Part shown: one piece after another, positions 31,161-45,545 of the stretch
How the letters are laid out: every line of letters starts with the position of its first letter
Numbering within the stretch: the first letter of the stretch is position 1
Translations under genes and position numbers: made by a program
From: the human T2T-CHM13v2.0 reference genome, Homo sapiens
DNA length: 64,000 nt
Direction: 5' to 3' (one strand)
NCBI RefSeq assembly: GCF_009914755.1
Contig: NC_060926.1
The notes under the pieces: model-generated
Seen by the model: only the letters and a program-made list of their open reading frames with translations
The model's database searches: none
What the model was told of the DNA's origin: nothing

Positions 31161-31794
31161 ATCATATTGCCCCCTGAGATGTTCCAGTAGTTCCCTAGTA
31201 GTTTCTTACTAAAGCAGCAAGATTTCAAAAGGCCTCGACTTCCTAAACACACTTCACAAATGAGTGTCTGTTAAAATCATGGTGCTCAGAGCAAAATGCA
31301 GAGCTGTGCAGCACCCAAGGGCTGATGAGAGAAGAGTGGGTAGGATCATCACCTGCCATGGTTTAAATGCACTGCTGTCTTTGATGTGGGCTGAAATGAC
31401 AGTCTTGTGACCTCTTTATATGGCAGCCATGCCCCCACTCCTTTTGTGATAGTCAATTAAACCTCTGTATCAGTCCAAGTTCTGACTTGTGAGCAGTAGA
31501 AAATATCTCTAGCTGAATTATGAAAAAAAAAAGTAAATGTACATTGGATTTCTGGTAAGATGATGGTGGAGTTTTAAATATTCTCAGATTATCCCATATA
31601 AACAAACAGAGTAACTAAGATAGCAAAACTAAAGACCGATGGACAACATCTACCACAAAACTAGGTAATACGGTTTCCCCAAGACTCTCCTAAAAGTGGG
31701 TGGGAACAAACCATTGGCAGCTAAAGGACCGCGTGGTCTTACGTCTGTGCAGTCAGAAGGTGCCTGGGCTTCTGATGACTGCAAGTGAAGTGGC

Positions 31795-32431
31795 TATAGT
31801 GTCCGGGGTATATACCCTGGGGTTCGTTGTTCCTGGCAGGAAAATTTAGGACACAGACACAAGAGGAGTTTAGGAGTGGAGGTCTAATAGGCAGAAGAGA
31901 AGAGAAAGAAAAACAGCCCTCTCTCTAGAGAGAGAGGGGTCTTCTGAGAAGAAAAGACCGGCTGATTGTGGATGCCCGGATTTTATAGCCCAGCTTGAGG
32001 AGGCAGTGTCCGATTTATGCAGGACTCACAGATTCGTTTGATCAGGTATGATGTTTATATAGCGCTGGAAGGCTAGTCACCCACCCTGATCTTATTAGGC
32101 AAATGATCATGCCAGCATTTGCCTAATAAGCAATTGGCCAGCGACATGTTGTCTCTTCTTGGCCAGCGCCATGTTGTCTGCTCCTTACTGTACAAGTGGC
32201 TGGCAGAGAAGGGAGGATGGAGCCGCCATCTTGAACATGTCTAGTGCGGAGTTCCTGCCAGCATTCACCCGTGCAAGCTCCCAGCTTGCTTGTCTATGTC
32301 TGCGGCTCGACTTTGCAGGCTGCCCTTTGTTAGAAAATGATTTGGGCTGCTTTTCATTAAAGAGAAAAGCCTTACCGAGGACTCTCATGCCTTTCTATCT
32401 GCCTAAGTGATTGCTTCTTAACTCCTACATC
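31795..32431 (-). mobile_element. ERV1 solo LTR, LTR9/MER61 (HUERS-P3)-like
   Basis: Minus strand begins gatgtaggagttaagaagcaatcacttaggcagatag; YY1 motif CAAGATGGCGGC at 32222-32233. Confidence 0.7.
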
Positions 32432-32806
32432 CCAAGGATAGAACAACCCCAAAGTCACCAGTATGAACCAACTGGAATGCACCGTGGGCCAATCTGAGAA
32501 GAACAATAAAAACTGGGAAGGTTTTAAAAGATCCAGTACGTGGGTGAATGCAATGGGGCCATGATATGGTGGATCTGATGGTGCTGGAGTAGCGTGGGCC
32601 TTATAACCCCATGAAATGAACAAATCAAATCTCTTTCCCCAGACAAAGATCCACATTGAGAAGAAACAGATGGGAACAGAATCCAAACTGAGTAGGACAG
32701 GGACAATAGAAGCAATGAGAAAAGAAAGTTTGGATTAAAGTAGAGGAGGGGCGCAAAGTAGGCAGAGCTCAGAAAATAGAAGGCCACATTTTAAATTACT
32801 TTGTGA

Positions 32807-33040
32807 AGCCGGGCGCAGTGGCTCACGCCTGTAATCACAAAACTTTGGGAGGCTGAGGCAGGTGGATCACCTGAGGTCAGGAGTTGAAGACCAGCCTGAT
32901 CAACATGGTGAAACCCCGTCCTGAACACTTGAACCCGGAAAGTGGAGGTTGCAGTGAGCCAAAATTGCGCCACTGCACTCCAGCCTGGGCTAGAGAGCGA
33001 GACTCAGTCTCAAAAATAAATAAGTAAGTAAATAAATAAA
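32807..33040 (+). mobile_element. AluS with ~80 bp central deletion
   Basis: aaaccccgtc is joined via a few bases to cacttgaaccc; the A-rich linker is missing. Confidence 0.9.
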
Positions 33041-33245
33041 TGTGTTAGAAAAACCTAAGAGGGAGCTTTGGCACGAAGCTTAAAAAGCTATCCTAGCACG
33101 CCTTTCCATCCTAGAAACAAAGAAAATTCATTGCATATGCAAAGTGAGCAACAGAAAATAATCACAGTCAAACGCCATAGGAAGTTTATCCTGAGGAAAT
33201 AAAAGAATAGGGAGTACTATAGGAATATATAAGAATAAAACAATA

Positions 33246-33631
<386 letters not shown>

Positions 33632-34164
33632 CTAATTTTAAAAACAAGTAAAATATATTATGAAAATGACAAAAATTATTAAAGAACAATATAAATTAAA
33701 ACTTTAAAACCTTATAAATGAGGTGATTGGCGAATAGGAAGATTTGAGATGGGCAGAACTCAGGATATAATTAGAAAAAAGAGACTTTTTTAAAAATGAA
33801 GATTACATTAGAAGAAAACAAGAAAGAACAAGTACAGTGATGCCTTCAGATAAATAGAATGTAGAGAGGAAAATGTTTTTTAATATTTTAAAAGAGATAC
33901 AAAGGATTCAAAGAAAGTAACTGATTGGCAATGAAGATTTAACATATGTAATAAGAGGCTCTCAAGAAGAACATGAGGAATGGAAGACAGCAAACACTAA
34001 AATCTGTAATTCAAGAAAATGTTCCTGAAATAAAATATTTTATAACTACATAGTGAAACAGCGTTATCACATACCTAGGAAAAGTAAAATATATGGCCAA
34101 TATCAAGATATATTCTAGTAAAATTATTGGACTTTATGAAAAAATTATTTTAGGCATCTCCACT

Positions 34165-35170
34165 AAAAGTTCAAATTGCTTAACTTGTCTACAGGGACAT
34201 AAAGTAGAATAGTGGTTACCAGGGACTGGGAGTGGGAAATGGGGAGTGACCACTCAATGGGTACAGAGTTTTTTCTTGTAGTATGATGAAAATGTTCTTG
34301 AACATGATGATGGTCGTACATCACTGTGAATGTATTAAATACCACTGAATTGTACCCTTTACATAGTTAAAATGATGAATTTTGTGTTGTGTATATTTTG
34401 CCATAAAAAAGCAAGACCCAACTATAGCCTGTTGACCAGAATTGCACTCTAAATATAAAGACACAAATAAGTCAGAAGCAAAAGGATGAAAGAAGATATA
34501 CCATGCTAACACAATCAAAAGAATACTAGAATGATCTATGAATATCAGAAAAAAATGGATTTCAAAGCAAATCATATTACTAAGGATGAAGAAGGCCATT
34601 ATTTAAATGATAAAGGGCCCACTACTTCCAGATTACATTATCATTTTAAATATGCACCTAATAACAGAGCTTGAAAAAAACATAAATGAAAAACTGGTAG
34701 AACTTAAAGAATAGACCAATTCACAATTATCATTAGATATTTCAATATCTCTCTCTCAATAATTCATAGAACAAGTAGACAGGAAATCAGTAACTATACA
34801 GTGACTTGAACAACACTAGCAACTACACTAATTGAACGTTCCACCCAACAATGGCAACAAGAAAATATAATTTTTTCAAGTCCCCAAGAATCATTTACCA
34901 AAACAGACAATACTGTAATCCATAAAAGAAGTATCAATACATTTAAAAGTTTTCAAATCACACAAGGTATGTTTTCTGATCATAATGATATTAAATTAGG
35001 AATCTGTAATAGAAAATTTTCTGGAAAATACTCAAACATTTGGAAACCAAACAACACACTTCTAAATAACTCATGGGAAAGGGAGAGACCACAGATCAAA
35101 TTAGGAAGTATTTTTAACTGAATGAAAGCATAGAGTATTAAAATTTGTGGGATGCGGCTAAAGTAAATAA
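34165..35170 (+). mobile_element. L1M 3'UTR piece followed by L1 ORF2 endonuclease-region remnant
   Basis: gtagaatagtggttaccaggg...aaaatgatgaatttt (3'UTR), then aaggatgaaagaagatataccatgctaac and ttttctgatcataatg (EN-region remnants). Confidence 0.75.
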
Positions 35171-35493
35171 AGTATATTCCCTTCACCTTGCCCACAGGGA
35201 GACTGAGTGATTTTATCACACATGCTAGTGAAGTTCAGCTATGCTTTGTCTTTTGTGTTTCTTTGCTTGCCAAAATACTTAAAGCCTCACCTGAGAAAGA
35301 CAGGCTGGCAGAGGAAATTAAGAAGGAATGTCAGAGAATTCCTTCTTAGCTATTTCTCTTTTCTCTTCATCTAGGTATAAACCTGGACATCAGAACAGAA
35401 AAATTACCAGAACAAAGGCAAGGCCATAAATCAGGGGTGAACAAGTAGAAGAAATAAGTGGATGAGTAAGAGAATGAATGAACAATGAGTCTG

Positions 35494-35627
35494 GGCTGGG
35501 CTATGATCCCAACACTTTGGGAGGCCGAGGAGGGAGGATTGCTTGAGGCCAGGAGTTTGAGACTAGCCTGGGCAACACAGCAAAAGTGGCTCTACATAAA
35601 TCTTAAAAGATAAAAGAAAAGAAAAAA
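35494..35627 (+). mobile_element. FLAM/AluJ left monomer
   Basis: Single monomer with A-rich tail. Confidence 0.75.
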
Positions 35628-37985
35628 GGGGGAAAAATTAGTCTGAACACTGCAAAATTGCCCCTAGGCCAGGTACATGGTGATGTTGGCTGTATCCTGG
35701 CGTAGTGACAATTTCTGTTGCTGTAGACATCCCAGGAAATTTTCTCCTCCTCTGCTCTTCAGGAAGTTTGACCACTCCACGACACGTGGGGACATTTCCA
35801 ATGTCAAAAATTATAACCAACCATAAAACCTTTTTTAATCCAAGCAACAACCATCTCTGTTGTCTAAACATGCCAAGAGGGAAAACGATTTTGCCCAGGG
35901 ACCATGGCTGTAAAACCCAGGGCCACACCCAGCTCTACCCAGTTCTGTTGCCTGCCCCAGCTCCCATGAAGTCCTTCAGCCTCCCCTGAACTAAGGCTTT
36001 GCAAGAGTGACTCAGATTCCCATCACTTGCCTCAAACCATCAGTGCTGAAAGATTGAAGTCCTCACCCTTGAACCCAACTGTGCCAAACTGCAAGAAATT
36101 ATTTACCTACCCACTGCTGGGGAAATCCAAAAACAGCACGTTTCCTCACCTGCCATGTGCCACGTGCCGATGCTTTCTTTTTGCCCCAAACAAATGGGTG
36201 GAAGTCCAAACATAAGGAACAGCCATCTTCTGAATTAAGTAACTCAAGCTCCAAAGGGGTGTCCACCGCTGCAGCTCCATCTGACCCCTACACTGCCTCT
36301 GGTCACACCTTACACTCTGCAAGGCCTCCTACCTGTCTCTGAGTGTCCCCAGGATGCACAAGGCTTAACAATCCTGGACTCTGGCAGGCACCTGTTCCCC
36401 AACTCTGCCTCGTTTCTTAAAGATTTATTTCATATCTTCTTTACTTTTGCGGGTGTTTGAACATGTCCATTTAAAAGTGTGGTTTTTTAAAATTTCAGTC
36501 TAAGCACCTCCTCTTCCAGGAAGGCTTCCTGGACTTTCCTGGCCAATTCAGGTATTCCCTCCTCTGGGTTTCCTGAACAAGGAGTTTGTCTCTATCAAGG
36601 TAGCACAAAGCAGTGGTTAGGGCAATGGATTTGGGGGTCAGACACATCTGGGTTCAAACCTTGGCTCCACTATTTACTTGCTATTTGAACTTGGGCAGGC
36701 CCCTAAGCCTCAAATTCTACTTTTATACAATCAGGTTGATAATAACACCTACCTTCGAAGAGCTTTGTGACAATTCAATGAGAGAAGACATTTAGAGCAC
36801 TTGTATGATACCTGGCTTAAGGGATAGGCTGAACAACAGAGTATATGCATTCCTAAATAATTATTTAAACACAGATGACTCTGTAATGACAGTAAATACC
36901 TACCTGTCTCCCCATTGTACCACGGGCTCAATTTTATCCCCAACTCCTGCCAGAGGCTGGGAACATACAAGGGAACTGAATTTCTACAGAATCTTCCTCC
37001 TCCAACAAGCCATCCCGTCAGCAAACATCCTTTTTGGAAAGTCCAGGCAGCATGAAACCTACTGACCCTGCAGAATTAGAATCTAATTAGTAAATATGTA
37101 TTAAGTAACTGTATTAAGTAACTACAACGTACTAGGTGCTGTGAGGGTACAAAGATGAAAATACAAAGTCTTGTTCCTCAAAGAGCTCGTGTTTTGTTTC
37201 AGGAGAGGCAATATAAGCCTTTGGAAACTTCCATCAACAACTAAGATTTAAATAGCAAAGATGGCGAAGTGCAAATCTAACAATAAGAAAAATAGAATTA
37301 ATTACCAGGCACCCTGCCTCTGCCCACCATAGGCCCTCAGACCCCCATCCTGGAGCCTCACCCCTGCCCCCATCCCAGTCCTCATTCCCAGACCAGTCCC
37401 AGCATGAGAGCTGGTTTACGAGCAGCCTAAATTCTGTTCTCTCTTCCCCACCAACCCCACCACCATCACAATACTCATGTCTACTTTCTTAAGTCAAGAT
37501 CCTAGGAAGTAGGTGCCCATTTTATAGATGAGAAAACCAAGGCTCATGGAGAGTAAATAACTACTCAGAGCCCCAGTTTAGTAAATGATAGAACCTGGAT
37601 CCTATCGCAGATGTGTTTGGCAGCCGAGTCCAAGCATCCCTCTCCAGATGGCCTGCACCAGGAGGCACTTACTGGGTGATACACCACAGTGTAAGGCAGC
37701 ATTTCTGCCCCCAGGGGGTGAAGTCCAGTGGGGAAGATTATTTGCTCACCTGGAACAGCTGGTGTTATGCAAAGGCAAACGTGCATGTTGGGTGTGCAAG
37801 CAACAGAAACCCAACGCTGGTGACTGAGGAGCTGAGAATTGACAGGAAGGTGGGAGAACGGGCTTAGGAAGTGGGCAGCCACCAAGGGAGGCCCAGGGGC
37901 AAAAGCTTGGCCACGGTCCCACCTGGAGGCCTGTGGGGAAGGCCCACCAGAAGCTCATGCTCCCGCCGTAGAGGGACACCAGGGC

Positions 37986-38029
37986 CACTGCTGCCACCTG
38001 TGGACACTGCTGCCACCTGTGGACACTGC
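37986..38029. repeat. Perfect 19 bp tandem duplication (cactgctgccacctgtgga x2.3)
   Basis: Read directly from the sequence. Confidence 0.95.
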
Positions 38030-39508
38030 CACAGGAAATGGCATCTCATTTTCCCTCCACTTAATGTCACCCACCTAAGTCTGAGTCCTGGATGGAAGTG
38101 TCCTTTTAGCCACATCTGGGTCCATTTGCCCAGGAACAAGGTGAGAGAATGCCTGCCCCTTCAGCTTCCACAGTGGGCGGCTTATCTCCTGCCAATACTC
38201 ACATCATAGGGCCTTATTCTCAAATAAGAAGGGGGCAAACATACTGGGTAGCCCCCTCTCCATCCAATAGCAAATGTCCCCTGCCATGATTAAGAGCTAA
38301 AAAGAATGGAATAGGTGACATGGGATCTAGAAGCTTGGAGGAGGGGCCACAAGGAGGACTTGAAGAATTTAAGAGAGGTCCATGGAAGAGGTGGGTGTGC
38401 TGACTTTGGCCTTTAAGCACAGAGAGGATGTGGCCCCGGCTCTGTCCACGATGCTTGGCCTGACCTGGTCAGGCACTGTGCAAGGGGTCCTCTGAGCTCG
38501 TTCAGTGCCTGGACCATGGCAGCCACATTATAATTCTCACGGCCATGGCACCGTGCTAAGACCCAGGCATGCAGCTGCAACTTTCCCAACAGTCCTGCAG
38601 GCTAACTTCTCTGACCCATAGCTGAGAGAGGTGATAGGCCTTGATGGAAAAGGCCAGCGCGTGAGCCCAGGCCTGTCCGACTGGGAAGCCCACGCTCCTT
38701 GCCCTAAGCTGGATGCCTCCCGTTGCAATTAGATAAGGAGCCGTAACACTGTGTGTTTTACTCCTGCTGGCTGCTTTTCCCAGGAATCTTTGTAACCTTC
38801 AGGCCAACCCTATGAGATAGCGAGAGCTGCAGATGTTCACCCCTCTTGAGTAGTCGAGGAACCCAAGGCCAAGGTCACCCAGCTTTCAGGGACTGGGGTC
38901 CACATAGGCCTGGTGCCTGCTCTTCGCCCGGATCCAGCCAGGCAGCTGTCTTCAACTCATGACCCTGCAGCGGGAGGTTGTGGGGTGGAGCAATTTGAGG
39001 AACAGATCCCATTAAGCTGTGTCCATCCACATGATGTAAACCCACACCTAGCCATCCCTTGGAACACAGTGGCCAAAAGTGCAGAGGGAACATTTGTCTA
39101 GGAGAACAATGGGTATTGATTCCTCTGGCAGCTGCAGCTGGCAGGCTCTGTAGGTGGTTTGGTCTGGGGTTTGGGGTGGTGTTTATTTGGATGCCGTAGC
39201 CTGGTTACTCATCATTCTTGCTCTCCCTGGGCCCCTGGGCTGTCTGAGGACTCAGTGGGAACAGTTCAACAGCCCAGGGCATGTGCTGTGTCACTGTCCC
39301 CTGCTCTTCCTGAGAGTGACTGGCACTATGTCCTGGCTTGGGCTGGGCTATCCTGGGATGGGGGCCTGGACACTCTGGGCTTGGACTGGCAGCCCTGCAG
39401 CCAACCTTCTTTATATGGGGCACACATGCTCCTGAGAACTTGCTAGACAGGACCGTGTCCGTGCTCCATTTCCTGGCCACCTGCACATCAGTCCAAATAC
39501 TGTTTCTC

Positions 39509-39532
39509 CAACACACACACACACACACACAT
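39509..39532. repeat. (CA)n microsatellite
   Basis: Read directly from the sequence. Confidence 0.9.
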
Positions 39533-40085
39533 AGGCAGACAGGCCGCTGCCTACCTCTCACCACCACAGTCACTTCAGTGGCCTGGGAGGAAGGTGACCT
39601 CGAGCAGGTCCTGGTTCAGACACCAGTGCATGGCCTGTCAGAGCCTCTCAGGCCTCAGTGCCCCCAGCTGCAAGATGCGGCTCCACAGCAAGCCCTCTGT
39701 GCCTCACCTGCATCCTGCTCCAGGCGCCTCTGTCTGCAGACAGCTCTGTGCGCGTGCCCGTGGAGCACGCCCTGCCTGGGCACCACACATCACCACCAGA
39801 GAGGCAGGAGGCAGGAGCACCGGGACAAAGTCTCCTCCCACCTCCCCCAGGATGAGTTTGTGCAGCTTCTGGGAACTGGGGCCCAGGGCTCTCCACCAGT
39901 GCTATCTGCCATCAGTCCTCCTTTCTCCAGCTTCACTCTCCTGTCCATCGCTCCATCCCCCGGGGTCACACGCCCTTAAGTTTCCATACAGAAGCCAAAA
40001 GCCTCAGGCTCCCTGAATTTTGGGTGAGCCCAGGTAAAGACAATGGATGTGAGAACTTCTCAGGCCTCTATTCTGTGACATATGA

Positions 40086-40407
<322 letters not shown>

Positions 40408-41789
40408 CAATACGAAGGACATTCTTAAAAAAAAAAAAAATTGAAGTCCTGGGCCATTTTCATCTCACACCCAGCTGGCATCTCTGCCTCCTTTACTCCT
40501 TGGATAACTAACCCTTAATTCCGTCCTCTGTAAAATGAGGCTGACCCCTTGAGGAACTTCTCCAAGGATTGAATGGAGTAAGTCCATAATGTGCTCTGCA
40601 CAAGGCCTGGTACCCAGAAGGTGCTCAATAATTTTAACAACCAGCACAGAGGCCTGAATGGGGTGCGGGGGGCAGTGGCTGGAATCAGAACACCTGGCAG
40701 TTTGCAGCTGTCCCTCAAGAGGCGCTGGCATCCCAGCTGGCGATGGCACTGGATGGAGCCACATTTACCCAGAATCTGTCTGTCCTCCACGAGCCCCGAG
40801 ATCCAGCCTTTGCAGGCTGGGTGATGCACACCCTGGGTCCTGAGCCCAGAATTGGGGCCAAGATTCCGGGAGGCGCTCAAGATCAACAAGCTTCGGGTTT
40901 CCTGGTTGAGGTCCTGCACGTACAACATGTTCCCTCTTTCCAGAAGTGGCGAGGGTGCAGCCCAGAGGACCGCCCTCGAGCTTCTCTGACACCCTGACTG
41001 CCCCCAACCCCGAGCCCTCTGCCCTCAATTTCCCCCTGAGCTGCCTCATCCCATCCACCTGAACAAACGCATGTGGCTCAGAGGCACTCATCGATGCAGC
41101 AGGTTTCACCTTAGCCTGAAGATCTGCGGCGCCTCCGCCCCACACCCAGGGCTGGCATTTCATTCTGGGTGTCACATGGCCCCCAGGGCCTTTATGACTG
41201 CAGGGCCACTGACAGCATCTTCATTCATCTCCAGCTGCTCTGGGGGCCCAGGCAGGGCGGGAATCCATAGTAGGGTGAGAGGCTGGCCACAGCCTGCTCC
41301 CCTGCCATGCACTAGCACTGTCCCTGGCCCTCTGGCTGAAGCTGCAGGTTGCCCAACACAACCCTCTAGAGCCATTGACCCATGCGGGTCCCTGAGTCAG
41401 CTATAAATTCTGCTCAGCCCACACATGCGGCTCCCCAGGATGCCCTCCCCCACCTCCCTCCTTGGCTGCCCAGGACTTCAGAGGCCACACATCTGTGGGG
41501 GACTTTGGAGTCAGAGCTGTGTCGATCACATCCTCAGGGCATGCTTGTCCTGCTGCCTGGCCTCCCACCACAATCCTAGACCCAAGCTCGCCCACCCCTA
41601 CAAGTCTCCAGGATGATGGGTGCACAACACGACTTGTATCAGGCTGATCCTTTGATCAGATTCCTTCCGTGGCTCCCCAGGCTTTCAGGATGGAGTCCTC
41701 CAGCCTCTTGCCTGCCTGGCAGCCCAGCCTCACCAGCCACCTTGCCATCCCCATGCCCGCTCTATCTGTTTCCCAAAGGCTGTCCCACA

Positions 41790-42212
41790 CTCTCGCCATG
41801 GGCCTTGGCACATTCTGTTTCTACTCACTGGGATGCTCTTCTCTTCTTTGATAAATGATCACCTACTCATCTTTCAAGACTCGGCTTCAACCTTAGAAAA
41901 ACTCGCATGATAAAGATGCCTCCAGGTGAGGCTGGGTGTCTTCCTCTGGGTCCTACAGAACTTGAATGCCTTTCTGTCCTGTTATACCCACAATCTGCTT
42001 GCTGTTCTGATTCCACCTAGTGATCGCGTTTTTGAAGACAGTCTCGTGTCTCTTTCATCCCCTGTGGGTTGGGCAAAGTCTCAGAACATGGTAGATTTCA
42101 AAAAATATTTGAGATGGATGGAAGGATGGGCAGATAAATGGGTGGATGGATGGATGAATGGGTGGGTGGGTGGATGGATGGATGGATGGATGGATGAGTG
42201 AATGGATAGATG
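41790..42212 (+). mobile_element. L2 3' remnant ending in (GGAT)n microsatellite
   Basis: cctactcatctttcaagactcggcttcaa...; (GGAT/GGGT)n at ~42112-42212. Confidence 0.65.
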
Positions 42213-42717
42213 AAGGACAGCTCTCATAAGTAGCAGAAAGGTGCTAAATTTTCCTACATCCTCCTTAAAATCTTTGAACATAATTAAATTGAATCGAAAA
42301 GTCTCAATCAGAGGGAGAGTTTTGTCCTTGGGACACTGACTTTATTTATGCAGTCAGCACTTATTGTGAGCCTCCCAGAGGCCCAAAGGAGAAAGAAAGC
42401 CAAGTAAAGGGAAGGCCCTGCCCACAGGAAGTGGTGCAATCACTCAACAGACTAGACACATCTGGGAGAAACTCACAAGAGCCCACCAGCCCTCCACAGA
42501 GCAGTGCAGCAGGTGCTGAGAGACGGGGACGGGCAGGTCAGAGAGTTGGACAGGGTTGCCCCAGAGCTGCTCTGTGGTGAGCACTCAAGCCCTTTAAAAC
42601 TGACTCCTTCTCAACCCCATCTTCTTCATCCCACAAGATATACAAGAACATGACCCAAAGCTGGAGCTGACCCTCTAGCACTGACTCTCATGTGGACCTG
42701 ATTGTAAACCTGAACCA

Positions 42718-43045
<328 letters not shown>

Positions 43046-43663
43046 TTATCTTGGGGGCTAGATCTGATCCTGACCCTAACCTGGACCTAAACCCTAGCTG
43101 AGATCAAATCTGAACCCAGACTTTAATCTTTACCCACGAGAGGGCTCCAGAAACAGTTGGATGGCAAGGAGCCAAACTGAACTCAGAAACTGTCTGACAG
43201 GAAGGTTCTGGCAAACACAAAGCAGATTCAAAGAGTGGCTCCATTGTAGAAAACCCACCTATGGCCCCTGCACACAGCCCAAGGTCCTTTGCCCAAGACT
43301 CAGGTGTCCCAGAGACACAGGCATCTTCAGTGCTTCTGGAAATGGGCTGAGGGTTCCCCAGGCCCTGAGGCCAGTCGAGGTGTCTGTGGACAGCAAAGAG
43401 GAACAACTGCACTTCTGTTCTCTGGGTGCCCCCCTTACACCTCACTGCCCAGCCTCCGCCAGTCATTGACCCTCAACCTGCCCTCGAGAGCCTTGTGCAT
43501 GGGCCGGGCCCTGCACCAGGCACTCCGGCTGCAAGGAGTGCAGACATGCAGCTCCTACCCTCAAGACCCCAGTTCCAGTTGAGGAGGCAAGGCTGCTCCC
43601 TCATTCACTCAGCATTTATTGGCCCACAGGTTTGGGAACCTGACTTGGGGGACTAATAACCAG

Positions 43664-43962
<299 letters not shown>

Positions 43963-43983
43963 AAAACTAATAACCATTTGTAT

Positions 43984-44136
43984 AGGTTGCTTAGTGAGCA
44001 TGGACATGGAGCAAAGAGAGCTGGATCTCAAAACTGCCAGGCTGATCAGCAGGGGGATTGCACCTGTGAATAGAATGGCCACTGCACTCCAGCCTGGGTG
44101 ACATAGTGAGACCATCTCTTAAAAAAATTAAAAATA
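43984..44136 (+). pseudogene. 5'-truncated 7SL (SRP RNA) retropseudogene
   Basis: tcaaaactgccaggctgatcagcagggggattgcacctgtgaatag...ccactgcactccagcctgggtgacatagtgagacc matches the 7SL 3' portion, including S-domain sequence absent from Alu; A-rich tail. Confidence 0.85.
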
Positions 44137-44656
<520 letters not shown>

Positions 44657-45250
44657 TCAGATACTAGGACAGCCTGTTCCGTGATGCTTATTGATGCATG
44701 GTAACAAGATGGCTGCTGCCCCTCCAGGACTCACAGACACATTCCAGGCAGGAAATGAAGTAAAGGGGCCAAAAAATTTCTTGTCAAAACTTTGCTCTTC
44801 CCTGGGGGCTTTTGCCTAACTCCTGGTGTCCAGAATTGTATCACGTGTCTACTCCTAGCCTCAAGAGAGATTGGGCAGTGGAGTCATTTCGTGTTCTAGG
44901 TCTGTAGTAGAGAAAGGCAAGGAGAAGTGGCAGTGGGTGGGAGGCTGGGCAAACAACCAGCAGTGTCTGTCACAGATAAGACAAGTGATAACTTTCACCC
45001 AGGGTACAGCAGAGCCTTGCTGGGCTGGGAGCTGCTGTGTCTTCTCCAAGGGACTTCGTAGTAAGTGGTCAGAATCTGGGCTGCTTCTGGCATTAATAAG
45101 TCTTTGTTAGGGGTTCCTGTTAGGGAACCCGGAAACTTAAGACCCCTTCTCCGTGCAAGTGCCCTGCTTGGTCTGGGAGAGCGTGCTGACCATATGGCAG
45201 TCTGCCCTCTCCAAGCCAATCCCAGGGCTCTTCAAGAATGGGTGCTTCTG

Positions 45251-45545
45251 GGCCGGGCGTGGTGGCTCACGCCTGTATTCCCAGCACCTTGGGAGGCTGA
45301 GACCGGTGGATCACGATGTCAGAAGATCGAGACCAGCCTGGCCAACATGGTGAAACCCTGTCTCTACTAAAAATACAAAAATTAACTGGGCACGTGCCTG
45401 GAGTCCCAGCTACTCAAGAGGCTAAGGCAGGAGAATCGCTTAAACCCGGGAGGTGGAGGTTGCAGTGAGCCGAGCACCACTGCACTCCAACCTGGGTGAC
45501 AGAGCGAGACTCCATCTCAAAAAAAAAGAAAAGAAAAGAAAAGAA
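45251..45545 (+). mobile_element. AluS (Sc-like)
   Basis: TSD aagaatgggtgcttctg. Confidence 0.95.

Noticed and set aside
39338-39979. 213 aa ORF (plus strand)
   Set aside because: Reads through a (CA)n microsatellite, has no homology I can recognise, and overlaps ORFs in other frames as expected by chance.
40711-40728. CTCF-like ccctcaagaggcgctg
   Set aside because: Core spacing is one base short of the CCASYAGRKGGCRS consensus.
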